Shown piece after piece: positions 40,886 through 49,810 of a stretch of 64,000 nt of DNA; within the stretch, counting starts at the first letter, position 1; every line of letters begins with the position of its first letter. The stretch comes from an uncultured delta proteobacterium (GTDB taxonomy: Bacteria; Myxococcota_A; UBA9160; UBA4427): NCBI GenBank assembly GCA_963822965.1, contig CAWGJT010000013.1, forward strand, positions 192,001 to 256,000, in the 5' to 3' direction. The position numbers and the translations under genes are program-made. Below the pieces are notes generated by a model. It was not told the origin of the DNA and did not search any database. It was given only the letters and a program-made list of their open reading frames with translations.

Positions 40886-42135
40886 GCGCCGCCGACGCCA
40901 GCAGCCGTCGCACCGCCCCCCTGGACGTGGCCGCCATCCGGCGGGAGTTTCCGATCCTCGAGACCCAGGTCCGGGGCAAGCCCCTCGTGTACCTCGACAC
41001 CGCGGCCAGCGCCCAGAAGCCCCGGGCCGTCATCGACGCCGTGGCCGAGTTCTACCGCCACGGCTACGCGAACATCCACCGGGGCCTCTACCAGCTCTCG
41101 GTGGGCGCCACCCGCCGCTACGAAGACGCGAGAGAGAAGGTGCGCGGGTTCCTCAGCGCCGCGGACGCCCGGGAGATCGTCTTCGTCCGCAACGCCACCG
41201 AGGCCATCAACCTGGTGGCCATGAGCTGGGGCCGACAGGCCGTGGGGGCGGGCGACGAGATCGTCATCTCCAACATGGAGCACCACGCGAACATCGTGCC
41301 GTGGCAGCAGCTCTGCGCCGAGAAGGGCGCGGTGCTGCGGGTGATCCCGGTGAACGACCGGGGCGAGCTCGAGCTCGACGCCTTCGAGGCGCTGCTCTCG
41401 GACCGCACCAAGCTCGTGGCGGTCGTCCACGTCTCCAATGCGCTGGGCACCATCAATCCCGTCCGCGAGATCGTGGCGACCGCCCGGGCCCGGGGCATTC
41501 CCACCCTGCTCGACGGCGCCCAGGCGGTGCCGCACATGGCCGTCGACGTGCAGGACCTCGACTGCGACTTCTACGTCTTCTCCGGTCACAAGCTCTTCGG
41601 ACCGAGCGGGATCGGGGTGCTCTACGGCAGGCTCGCGCTGCTCGAATCGATGCCTCCCTTCCTGACCGGCGGCGAGATGATCGAGAGCGTCACCCTCGAG
41701 AAGAGCACCTTCAAGCCGCCGCCCGAGCGGTTCGAGGCCGGAACGCCCGACATCGCGGGCGCCATCGGCCTCGGCGTCGCCATCGACTGGGTACAGAGCG
41801 TCGGGCTCGATCGCATCGCTGCCTGGGAGGCCGAGCTGCTGGCCCACGCGACCGCCGCCCTGGAACGCATTCCCGGCCTGCACATCGTGGGGACCGCCGC
41901 CGACAAGGCGGCCGTCGTCTCGTTCGTGCTCGACGCCGCCCACCCCCACGACGTGGCGACCGTGCTGGACCAGGAGGGCGTCGCGGTCCGTGCGGGGCAC
42001 CACTGCGCCCAGCCGATCATGGACCGCTTCGGCGTGGCCGCGACCACCCGCGCCTCGTTCTCCGTCTACAACACCCGCGAGGACGTCGACGCCCTCGTTC
42101 GAGCGGTCCGCCGCGTCCAGGAGATCTTCGGCTGA
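40882..42135 (+). CDS. sufS: Cysteine desulfurase SufS
   Basis: YLDTAASAQKP, EHHANIVPW, SGHKLFGP, RAGHHCAQP. Confidence 0.97.
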   Translation: MSAADASSRRTAPLDVAAIRREFPILETQVRGKPLVYLDTAASAQKPRAVIDAVAEFYRHGYANIHRGLYQLSVGATRRYEDAREKVRGFLSAADAREIVFVRNATEAINLVAMSWGRQAVGAGDEIVISNMEHHANIVPWQQLCAEKGAVLRVIPVNDRGELELDAFEALLSDRTKLVAVVHVSNALGTINPVREIVATARARGIPTLLDGAQAVPHMAVDVQDLDCDFYVFSGHKLFGPSGIGVLYGRLALLESMPPFLTGGEMIESVTLEKSTFKPPPERFEAGTPDIAGAIGLGVAIDWVQSVGLDRIAAWEAELLAHATAALERIPGLHIVGTAADKAAVVSFVLDAAHPHDVATVLDQEGVAVRAGHHCAQPIMDRFGVAATTRASFSVYNTREDVDALVRAVRRVQEIFG

Positions 42136-42590
42136 TGGACGAGCTGCGCGACCTCTACCAGGCCACGATCCTGGATCACAACAAGCGCCCGCGGAACTTC
42201 GGTCCGCTCGAGGGCGCGAACCGCAACGCTCGGGGCGACAACCCGGTGTGCGGCGACAAGCTGGAGGTCCACCTGAAGCTGGACGACGACGACCGGGTCG
42301 TGGACGTCCGCTTCGAGGGCAGGGGCTGTGCGATCTCGACGGCGTCGGCGTCGCTGATGACGGAGTTCGCCAAGGGCAGGACGCGCGCGGAGATCGAGGA
42401 GACCTTCGAGCGCTTCCACCAGCTGGTAGCCGGCAACGCCGAGGACGACGTCGACGCCCCGGAGCTCGGCAAGCTGGCCGTCTTCTCCGGGGTTCGCGAG
42501 TACCCGGTACGCGTGAAGTGCGCGACGCTCGCATGGCATACGCTTCGCGCCGCTCTTCGCGGCGATCAGGAAGTGGCAAGGACGGAGTGA
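42135..42590 (+). CDS. sufU: SUF NifU-family scaffold/sulfur-transfer protein SufU
   Basis: LYQATILDH, NPVCGD, GCAISTASAS, RVKCATL. Confidence 0.95.
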   Translation: MDELRDLYQATILDHNKRPRNFGPLEGANRNARGDNPVCGDKLEVHLKLDDDDRVVDVRFEGRGCAISTASASLMTEFAKGRTRAEIEETFERFHQLVAGNAEDDVDAPELGKLAVFSGVREYPVRVKCATLAWHTLRAALRGDQEVARTE

Positions 42591-42928
42591 TGAGCGAATC
42601 GATTCGAGAGGCGGAGGCGGAGTCCGCGGGCGACCTGAAGCAGGACGTCATCGCGGCGCTCAAGACCTGCTACGACCCGGAGATCCCGGTCGACATCTAC
42701 GAGCTCGGACTCATCTACGAGGTGGACATCCGCGAAGGCGGTGTCGCCTACGTGAAGATGACCCTCACGTCTCCCATGTGCCCGGTGGCCGAGATCCTCC
42801 CCGTCGAGGTGGAGGAGAAGGTGCGGTCGGTGCCCGGAATCACGGACTGCGAGATGGACCTCGTCTGGGATCCGCCCTGGAGCATGGAGATGATGTCCGA
42901 GGCCGCGAGGCTCGAGCTGAACTTCTGA
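42590..42928 (+). CDS. sufT: DUF59 Fe-S assembly protein SufT
   Basis: YDPEIPVDIYELGLIY, MTLTSPMCP, LVWDPPW. Confidence 0.9.
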   Translation: MSESIREAEAESAGDLKQDVIAALKTCYDPEIPVDIYELGLIYEVDIREGGVAYVKMTLTSPMCPVAEILPVEVEEKVRSVPGITDCEMDLVWDPPWSMEMMSEAARLELNF

Positions 42929-42966
42929 CCGGCGGACCGGGCGCGGGCCCCGGATCTCCGCGGGCT

Positions 42967-44142
42967 GTGGCATCGTCTGGCGCCTTGCTCCGGCTTCCCT
43001 TCCTTCCGATCGCGACCTTCGGCTTCGTGCTCTTCGGGGCGCTGCTCGTGCTGGTGGGCGCGAGCCAGGACGAGCTGCAGGCCGCCCTGCGCCTGGACCT
43101 GACCCGGACGGGCTTGCTGGGATCGTCCGTCGTGCTCGGCATCGGTCTCGGGGTGCTCGCAGGCGGACCGCTGGTGGATCGCCTTCCCCGGCGGCCGCTG
43201 CTGTGCGGCGCCGCGCTGCTCACGGCGGGGGCCCTGTGCGCGATCGGGCTCTCCGACGGCTTCGCGGGCGTGGCGGGCCTGCTCGGGGTCGCGGGCGTCG
43301 GCGGCGGTCTCTACGAGACGATCCTCAACTCGGTGGCCATCGAGCGCTACCAGGAGCGCTCCGTCCGGATCGTCTCCACGATGCACGCCGGCGCCACCGT
43401 GGGTGCCATGCTCACCCCACTCGCCATCGGCGCCGTCCTCGCCGCGACGACCGCGGCGGACTGGACGCTCGCCTTCCGCGCCGTCGGGCTGCTGCATGCC
43501 GGCCTGGCGCTGCTCGCGCTGGCGATTCCGCTGGGCGCGCCGCGCCTCGCCAGGCCGGACGAATCCGCGGCCCGCCCCCCGGCCGTCGTGACCGCCTCTC
43601 TCGTCTGGCTGTGCATCGCGGCCTTCGCCTACATCGGTGTGGAGTCGGCGCTCACGATCTTCGCCATTCCCTACGCGGAGGGGGCGCTGGGGCTCGAGGC
43701 CGAGAGCGGACGCCGCGCCATCTCCTTCTTCTGGATGGGGCTGCTGGCGGGACGCCTCGCCCTCGCGCTGCGGTCGGGGATCGACGACGCGCGCTTCGCG
43801 ACGGCGGCCGGCGGCATCGCAGGCGCCGCGCTCGTGGCCGGCGTGGCGCTCGGCTGGACCCACGTCGAGCTGCTGCTCGCCTTCGTGGGCTTTGCGCTGG
43901 GGGGCGTGTTTCCGCTGCTGGTGGTGCTGGCCGGCCGGCGCACGCCCCAGGCCACGGGAACGGGTGTCGCGGTGGTGGCGGGGCTCGGCTCGGCCGGAGG
44001 CTTCGTGCTTCCCTGGCTGACGGGTCTCGTCGGAGACGCCGCGGGCGTCGCGGCGGCCGTCGGCACCCTGGGTCTCTGGTGCGGCGTCGTGGCGGCCGGC
44101 GGCCTGCTCGCCGAGGTCGGCCGCGACCGGCTCAGAGGCTGA
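42967..44142 (+). CDS. MFS transporter (FucP/TsgA-like)
   Basis: About 12 TM; GPLVDRLPRR, AYIGVES, FFWMGLLAGR; start approximate. Confidence 0.85.
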   Translation: MASSGALLRLPFLPIATFGFVLFGALLVLVGASQDELQAALRLDLTRTGLLGSSVVLGIGLGVLAGGPLVDRLPRRPLLCGAALLTAGALCAIGLSDGFAGVAGLLGVAGVGGGLYETILNSVAIERYQERSVRIVSTMHAGATVGAMLTPLAIGAVLAATTAADWTLAFRAVGLLHAGLALLALAIPLGAPRLARPDESAARPPAVVTASLVWLCIAAFAYIGVESALTIFAIPYAEGALGLEAESGRRAISFFWMGLLAGRLALALRSGIDDARFATAAGGIAGAALVAGVALGWTHVELLLAFVGFALGGVFPLLVVLAGRRTPQATGTGVAVVAGLGSAGGFVLPWLTGLVGDAAGVAAAVGTLGLWCGVVAAGGLLAEVGRDRLRG

Positions 44143-45688
44143 CGGGCAGCACCGCGGCGAGGATCCAGGCCAGCCACGCCGACTCGAGCAGCGCGGGCAC
44201 GACGGTGTTTCGGGAGCGCGCGTAGATGGCGCTCGACACCACCTCGAAGAGCACGAAGAGCAGCACGAGCACGGGCAGCATCAACATCACCACCCCCGAG
44301 AGAACCCCCGCCGCCACCGCCAGTACGAGCACGCCGACGACGAGGGCGCGACCGACCGTGCAGGCCACCGCCGCGCCCAGAGTGCCGCCCCGCCGAAGCC
44401 AGTCGTGGAAGACCAGCTGGAAGTGCACCACCAGGAAGAAGACGCCCAGCGCCAGCACGGCGCGCTCCGGTGTCAGACCGAGCATGTGGCCGACGGCGCC
44501 GAAGGGCGCCAGCAGCAGGAAGATCGCCGCGATGCCCAGCGCGGCGGCCCGCGCGTTCTGCGGGAGTCCGGCCCGCAGGTCCGCCACGTCGAGCTCCCCG
44601 GTGAGGAAGAGGACCGCGAGCATCGCGACCCCCGCCGCGAAGAGGTGCAGCGAGAACGTATTGCCCACCGCCAGCGGCAGCAGCCGCGCGGGGTCGCCGA
44701 CCGCCACCAGGGGAAGAGTCGCCAGCAGGGCGAGCGCGATTCCCCCGAGCCTCGCCCCGACGCCGCCGGGAGAACGCTCGGCGCGGCGCGGCGCGATGCG
44801 GCCCACCGCATCTCCCAGGCCAGGCAGCAGCAGCGCGAATGCCAGCAAGCCGAGCAGGGCCGGCTGCAGCCGCGGGTCGGAGCGCAGGAAGAAGGTGCCG
44901 CGCTCCACCCCGTAGCAGTCGTCCAGCCAGTCGATGATGCGGCGCGCCGCGTACTGCGAGCCCAGGATCGTGATGTGGTCCGCCCGGGCCACCTCGACCT
45001 GGCTCACCGCGGTCCCCGCCGCGAAGTCGCCCGCGACGACCCCTGGCTCCATTCGCTCCCATCCGGCGATCTCGGCGGCGATGCGGGCCGCGCTCTCGCG
45101 GATGCGAGGGGGATCGCCCTGGCCGTAGATGAAGAGCGCGTTCGACGGCCGGTTCGGACCCTCGAGACGCCAGCCCCCGGAGATCATCACGGCGGCGTCG
45201 AGAGCCGGATCCGTGCCCGCGTACTCGAGCGCGGCCCCCGCGCCCATGGAGTGGCCCATGACGGAGATCCGGGAGCCGTCCACGTCCGGCGAGGCGCGCA
45301 GGAAGTCGACCGCCGCCCGCATGTCCGCCTGCAGCGAATCGACGGGCCCTCGCACCCGGGAGAAGCGATTGCGGTTGCCGCCGTGCCCGCGGAAGTCCAG
45401 GGTGAGCACCGCGTAGCCGGCCTGGGTGAGCGCACGCGCCAGAATGCTCATCCCCGCCTGGTCCGACGCGAAGCCGTGCGCGAGCACCACCGCCGGCGGC
45501 GAGCCCAGGTCGTCGACGTTCGGATCGCTCCCGGCGGGCGCGGGCAGGTAGAGGGTGGCGGGGATGCCGCCCGGAAGCTCGAGCTCCGTCCGCAACGGGC
45601 CGGACGCCTGGAGTCGGGCGAGCCACAGGATGCTCCCGAGCACCACCGCGACGGCGAAGAGCGAGACGGCATTGCGGATCCGGGTCAC
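44132..45688 (-). CDS. Alpha/beta hydrolase with C-terminal multi-TM domain
   Basis: VLAHGF, DFRGHG, GHSMG nucleophile elbow, ADHITI; long hydrophobic C-terminal half. Confidence 0.85.
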   Translation of the reverse strand: MTRIRNAVSLFAVAVVLGSILWLARLQASGPLRTELELPGGIPATLYLPAPAGSDPNVDDLGSPPAVVLAHGFASDQAGMSILARALTQAGYAVLTLDFRGHGGNRNRFSRVRGPVDSLQADMRAAVDFLRASPDVDGSRISVMGHSMGAGAALEYAGTDPALDAAVMISGGWRLEGPNRPSNALFIYGQGDPPRIRESAARIAAEIAGWERMEPGVVAGDFAAGTAVSQVEVARADHITILGSQYAARRIIDWLDDCYGVERGTFFLRSDPRLQPALLGLLAFALLLPGLGDAVGRIAPRRAERSPGGVGARLGGIALALLATLPLVAVGDPARLLPLAVGNTFSLHLFAAGVAMLAVLFLTGELDVADLRAGLPQNARAAALGIAAIFLLLAPFGAVGHMLGLTPERAVLALGVFFLVVHFQLVFHDWLRRGGTLGAAVACTVGRALVVGVLVLAVAAGVLSGVVMLMLPVLVLLFVLFEVVSSAIYARSRNTVVPALLESAWLAWILAAVLPVSL

Positions 45689-45749
45689 CGGGGCATTGCA
45701 GCGGGGCGGGGCGGGGAAGTCAATCGGCGCGGGCTGCTATCGTCGCGTC

Positions 45750-46682
45750 ATGGCGAGCCCCCTGGCCCCGATCCTGGTCACCGGTGCGAACGGGCACCTG
45801 GGTCGGGGGCTGATCGCCCGGATCCACGGCAAGGAAGGTCCCGCCGCGCTGCGGGCGGTGGTGCGCTCGCGGGGCGCCGCCGACCGGGTACGGGCGGTGG
45901 CGCCCGTGGACACGCGCACGGTCGACTACACCGATCGCGCATCGCTCGCGGCGGCCGCCGAGGGCTGCCGCGCGATCGTGCACCTGGTGGGCATCATCAA
46001 GGAGACGCGGAGCGCCCGCTACGAGGACGCCCACGAACGCACCTGCGAGGCGCTCGCCGCCGCGGCCGCCGAGAGCGGAGCCTCGCGAATCGTCTATCTG
46101 AGCATCCTCGGATCGGCGAAGGACTCGAAGAACGCCTGCCTGGCCTCCAAGGGACGCGCCGAGCAGATCCTGCTGGCGGGCCGCGTCCCCGCCTGCGTGC
46201 TGCGCGTCCCCATGGTGCTGGGCCCCGACGACCATGCGTCGTACTCGCTGCGCAAGCAGGCCACCGCCGGCTTCCTGCCCCTGGTGGGCGGCGGCCGCAC
46301 CCTGCAGCAGCCGATCGACGCCGACGACGTCGTCTCCGCGGTGATCGGGGCGCTGGACCGCGACCCGCCGCTTCGCGGCGTGCTGGACCTCGGCGGTCCC
46401 GAGTGCCTGTCCCAGCGCGATCTCGTGCTGCGCACGGCGGCGTTGCACGGGAAGCGGCCCACGATCGTCCCGCTGCCCCTGGGTCTGGTGCGGTCCGCGG
46501 TGGGGATCCTCGAACGCGTCGCCGCCGAGCCCGCGATGACACGGGCCATGCTCGACGTGCTGCAACACGACGATCGCGTCGATCCCGGACCCGCGTGCCG
46601 GGAGCTGCACCTGCAGCTCACCCCCCTCGACGAGACGCTCCGACGCTACGCGGGGCCGGACACACCGAGGCAGACGCCATGA
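45750..46682 (+). CDS. NAD-dependent epimerase/dehydratase (NDUFA9-like atypical SDR)
   Basis: LVTGANGHLG, VHLVGII, ASKGRAE, QPIDADDV, LGGPE. Confidence 0.85.
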   Translation: MASPLAPILVTGANGHLGRGLIARIHGKEGPAALRAVVRSRGAADRVRAVAPVDTRTVDYTDRASLAAAAEGCRAIVHLVGIIKETRSARYEDAHERTCEALAAAAAESGASRIVYLSILGSAKDSKNACLASKGRAEQILLAGRVPACVLRVPMVLGPDDHASYSLRKQATAGFLPLVGGGRTLQQPIDADDVVSAVIGALDRDPPLRGVLDLGGPECLSQRDLVLRTAALHGKRPTIVPLPLGLVRSAVGILERVAAEPAMTRAMLDVLQHDDRVDPGPACRELHLQLTPLDETLRRYAGPDTPRQTP

Positions 46683-47707
46683 CCGCCGCAATCCCCGAAC
46701 CGCCTCCGCCCGGCACGCGGGCACCCGGGGGCCCCCGCAAGGGCAGCGCCTGGCAGAAGCTTCTCGCCTGGGCGATCACGCTCGCGTGCTTCGCCTATCT
46801 GTACTCGAAGATCAGCGGCGCCGCCGCGCGCGCGGGCATGGGGCTCGTCGCCTACCTGGCCGGCATCTTCGCCGAGGTGGGCTGGGGCGAGTGGCTCGCG
46901 CTCATGATCCCCTACTCGCTCTTCTTCTTCCTGATCGACACCACCGTCGTGTGGGCGGTGGTGAACTGGTTCAACACGAAGATCCGCTACTTCGACATCC
47001 TTCCCATCCGCGGCAGCAGCTACATCCTCTCGATCCTGAACGAGCAGGTGGGCAAGGGCGCCATGGCGCTCTACCTGAACCGTCGTTACGGCGTACCGGG
47101 CTGGGAGATCGGCTCGAGCATGCTCTTCATCATGTTCTGCGAGTTCTACTACCTGCTGACCTGGGCGACGATCGGCTGGGTGATGCGCGGGGACTCCCTG
47201 CCGCCGGAGTTCGCCGTCATCCCGATGATCGCGGGGGCCGCGGCGGTCTTCCTGGTGCTCTTCCTGCTCTTCTTCAGCGGACGTCTCGGCGTCGGGGAGG
47301 GGATCCGCAACCGTCCCATCCTGAAGTCGTTTCGGGAGGCGAAGCCGTGGCACTACGGGGCGGTGGTGCTGCTGCGCTCGCCGGCCCTGCTCTCGGCCGT
47401 CATCGTCTACACGCTGGCCCTGCGCCTCTTCGGCGTGGAGGTCGGCTTCATGCAGATGCTGGGCTACCTGCCGGTGATCTTCTTCGGTGCGGCGACGCCG
47501 GGACCCATGCGCAGCGTGGCCATCACGCTGTGGGTGCTCCTGTTTCCCGGTCGCGAGGGAGAGATGGCCGCGTTCGGCTTCGTGCAGCACAACTTCTTCA
47601 TCTTCTTCAACGCGGCGATCGGCCTGATCTTCCTGCGGCGCGCGAACCGCGAGATCTTCGACGCGGCCGGCGGGGACGGCGGCGCGGCGGTCAGCGCGAC
47701 CGGCTGA
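46679..47707 (+). CDS. Membrane protein, lysylphosphatidylglycerol-synthase TM (flippase-like) type
   Basis: About 8 TM; SYILSILNEQVGKG, GYLPVIFFGAATPG; ATGA overlap. Confidence 0.65.
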   Translation: MTAAIPEPPPPGTRAPGGPRKGSAWQKLLAWAITLACFAYLYSKISGAAARAGMGLVAYLAGIFAEVGWGEWLALMIPYSLFFFLIDTTVVWAVVNWFNTKIRYFDILPIRGSSYILSILNEQVGKGAMALYLNRRYGVPGWEIGSSMLFIMFCEFYYLLTWATIGWVMRGDSLPPEFAVIPMIAGAAAVFLVLFLLFFSGRLGVGEGIRNRPILKSFREAKPWHYGAVVLLRSPALLSAVIVYTLALRLFGVEVGFMQMLGYLPVIFFGAATPGPMRSVAITLWVLLFPGREGEMAAFGFVQHNFFIFFNAAIGLIFLRRANREIFDAAGGDGGAAVSATG

Positions 47708-48254
47708 CGAACGCCCAGGCCCGGTCTCCCATGGAGACGACCGTCGAGGCCACCAGCAGCCACCCGAGGGCCAGCACCAGCCCGCGGCTGGGCCAGGGAA
47801 GGCCGAGCCCGTCCCGGACCACCGGGACCCCGATCAGCGCGAAGTAGAAGATCCCGTTCCAGCGCCCCAGGAAGCTGGCGCGCAGGGGTCGCCCCGCGAT
47901 GCTGCGGGAGTCGAGCATGTACTGCAGGAAGGCCGCGGCCACGAGCACGGGCAGGGGAGCGGGCACCGCCCCCGTCCAGGCCAGGGCGCCCAGCCCCACG
48001 CTGCAGAAGAGCGCATCGGCGCCGTGGTCGAGCAGGCCGCCGAGGCTCGACGCCTCGCCGCGATTGCGGGCCAGCCGACCGTCGGCGAGGTCGGTCGCCA
48101 CCGCCCAGGCGAAGACGCCCAGGGCCGCGAGCCGGCTCTCGAGCAGGATCGACGCCGCAATCAGGGGCACGCAGACGACCCGCGTGGCGGTGAGGGCGTT
48201 CGCCAGCGTCGCCCAGCGCGGCGGCTGGCGCGCGGTGCTCGAGTCGGGGTTCAC
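47691..48254 (-). CDS. CDP-alcohol phosphatidyltransferase family protein
   Basis: ANALTATR, DLADGRLAR..S.LGGLLDHGAD signature. Confidence 0.88.
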   Translation of the reverse strand: MNPDSSTARQPPRWATLANALTATRVVCVPLIAASILLESRLAALGVFAWAVATDLADGRLARNRGEASSLGGLLDHGADALFCSVGLGALAWTGAVPAPLPVLVAAAFLQYMLDSRSIAGRPLRASFLGRWNGIFYFALIGVPVVRDGLGLPWPSRGLVLALGWLLVASTVVSMGDRAWAFVSRSR

Positions 48255-48318
48255 GACACCGAACGATACCGCGCGCGGGCGCTGCTATAACCTGCCCCCG
48301 CGCCCACCCGGAGGAAGC

Positions 48319-48750
48319 ATGAGACGCACGAAGTCCGCTCTTGCGGCCGTCACCCCTGGAATCGCGGCGCTGCTGCTCTTGGCGGCGTGCTCGGAAGGGA
48401 ACGCCCCCGAAGGCGGTGCGCCCGCGCCGAGCCCGTCTTCGGCCGCGTCTTCGGCCGCGTCGGCTCCGACGGCGGAAGAGGAGGCGGCCGACCTCGTCGC
48501 CGAGGGTCGTGCGGCCTACCTGGGCAACTGCATCGCCTGCCACAACCCGGACCCGACCCAGGACGGCGCCCTCGGGCCCGCGCTCGCCGGATCGTCCGAG
48601 GACCTGGTGCAGGCGCGCGTGATGCGGGCCGAGTATCCGCCGGGCTACCCCCCCAAGCGGGACACCCGGTCGATGATCCCCATGCCCTTCCTCGAGAAGA
48701 AGATCCCCGCCATCGCGGCCTATCTCTCTTCCGTCGGGCCCCGGAGCTGA
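48319..48750 (+). CDS. Monoheme cytochrome c lipoprotein
   Basis: GGAGG RBS; lipobox LAAC; CIACH; distal Met candidates (SMIPM). Confidence 0.88.
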   Translation: MRRTKSALAAVTPGIAALLLLAACSEGNAPEGGAPAPSPSSAASSAASAPTAEEEAADLVAEGRAAYLGNCIACHNPDPTQDGALGPALAGSSEDLVQARVMRAEYPPGYPPKRDTRSMIPMPFLEKKIPAIAAYLSSVGPRS

Positions 48751-48757
48751 AACGAGA

Positions 48758-48791
48758 ACGGGCGCGATCCGCCGAAGCGGATCGCGCCCGT
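48758..48791. terminator. Perfect 15-bp hairpin between convergent genes
   Basis: ACGGGCGCGATCCGC-CGAA-GCGGATCGCGCCCGT; no U-tract. Confidence 0.6.
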
Positions 48792-48811
48792 CGAGTCCCG
48801 CTTCGCCGCTC

Positions 48812-49513
48812 CTAGACGATGACGCCCACGACGTAGAGCACCACCGTCAGGGCGAGACCGGCGTGGATGGTCCCCGACACCGAGGTGAGCGGCTTCTGGG
48901 TGGGCAGGCCCGGCCCGATCAGCGCGTGGATCTCGACGCCCACGATGATGATCAGCGCGAGCACCCAGTAGACGGCCGTGTTCGCGTTGGCCAACAGGCT
49001 CTGCAGGTGGCTCGCCGAGCCCATGTAGAAGAGCATCGGGATCGAGAAGAGGGTGTTGATGCGCGACGCCGCGCCGGCACGCGCGCCGCGCGACGCCGCC
49101 TCGGGGATCGCCTCGCCGCCGCCGGCGATCTGCTCTGCCGATGCGATCACCACCTTCTGGGCGGGCCAGATGATGAACCACACGTTCGCCCACATGAACG
49201 TGCCCATGAGGGCGCCGGTGAGGATGCGGGACATGTAGGGCGAGCCGAGCCCGATGCCCTGGTGGAGCTTCATCGTGAGGATCGTGAGCCCCGAGAGGAA
49301 CGTGAACATCGCGCCCCAGCGGAACCACCAGAGCGCATTGGGCACGAGCCCGCGGGTCATCGCCCCCTTGACGCCCCCTCCGAGCTCGGAGCCGAAGAAC
49401 GGGGTCTGGACGAAGTTGAAGTACCAGAGCATGCCGATCCAGGCGACACCGCTGAGGAAGTGGATCCAGCGAACCAGGAACTCCCAGCCAGCGAGGGTCG
49501 TGACGATGTCCAT
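48812..49513 (-). CDS. PuuD/urate-oxidase N-terminal-like membrane protein (no fused cytochrome c)
   Basis: RWIHFLSGVAWIG..YFNFVQ, WWFRWGA..T.LSG, MWANVWFIIWPAQK, SRINT..SIPMLF.M.SASH. Confidence 0.8.
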   Translation of the reverse strand: MDIVTTLAGWEFLVRWIHFLSGVAWIGMLWYFNFVQTPFFGSELGGGVKGAMTRGLVPNALWWFRWGAMFTFLSGLTILTMKLHQGIGLGSPYMSRILTGALMGTFMWANVWFIIWPAQKVVIASAEQIAGGGEAIPEAASRGARAGAASRINTLFSIPMLFYMGSASHLQSLLANANTAVYWVLALIIIVGVEIHALIGPGLPTQKPLTSVSGTIHAGLALTVVLYVVGVIV

Positions 49514-49810
49514 GAGGGTTCTCCTCTCCTTCGATTGCCTTCCAGATTCCTGCGGTTTTGGATTTCCGTCGATCTCTTGGGGGCTTGCAGGGGGCCGTTG
49601 CGGCTGCCCCATTCTAGCCCGATCCGGACCGATTTCTCGCCGTTCCGGGGTATTCCCGAGCGATCGGGCCCCGTGTCAGAACGCCGTTGCCCGGCCGTCG
49701 CACATCCCGACGGAGCCCGGAGCGGACCCGAGCCGAGGCGGAAGCGAGCGTGAAGGGCGGAAACGAGCGTGCTGACAGTCGGAGCAGAGCCCCGACCGGG
49801 CGGCAGGGCC

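Noticed and set aside
44405..47707. Very long ORF-track entries such as 44405-47707, 24068-26875, 10457-12964 and 29766-32219
   Set aside because: Shadow or antisense frames typical of high-GC DNA; only the motif-bearing portions were accepted with trimmed starts.
49514..49810. Riboswitch or T-box in the proS-puuD-like intergenic region
   Set aside because: It lies downstream of proS; only a TAGAAT -10-like hexamer and a weak hairpin are visible, with no recognisable aptamer.
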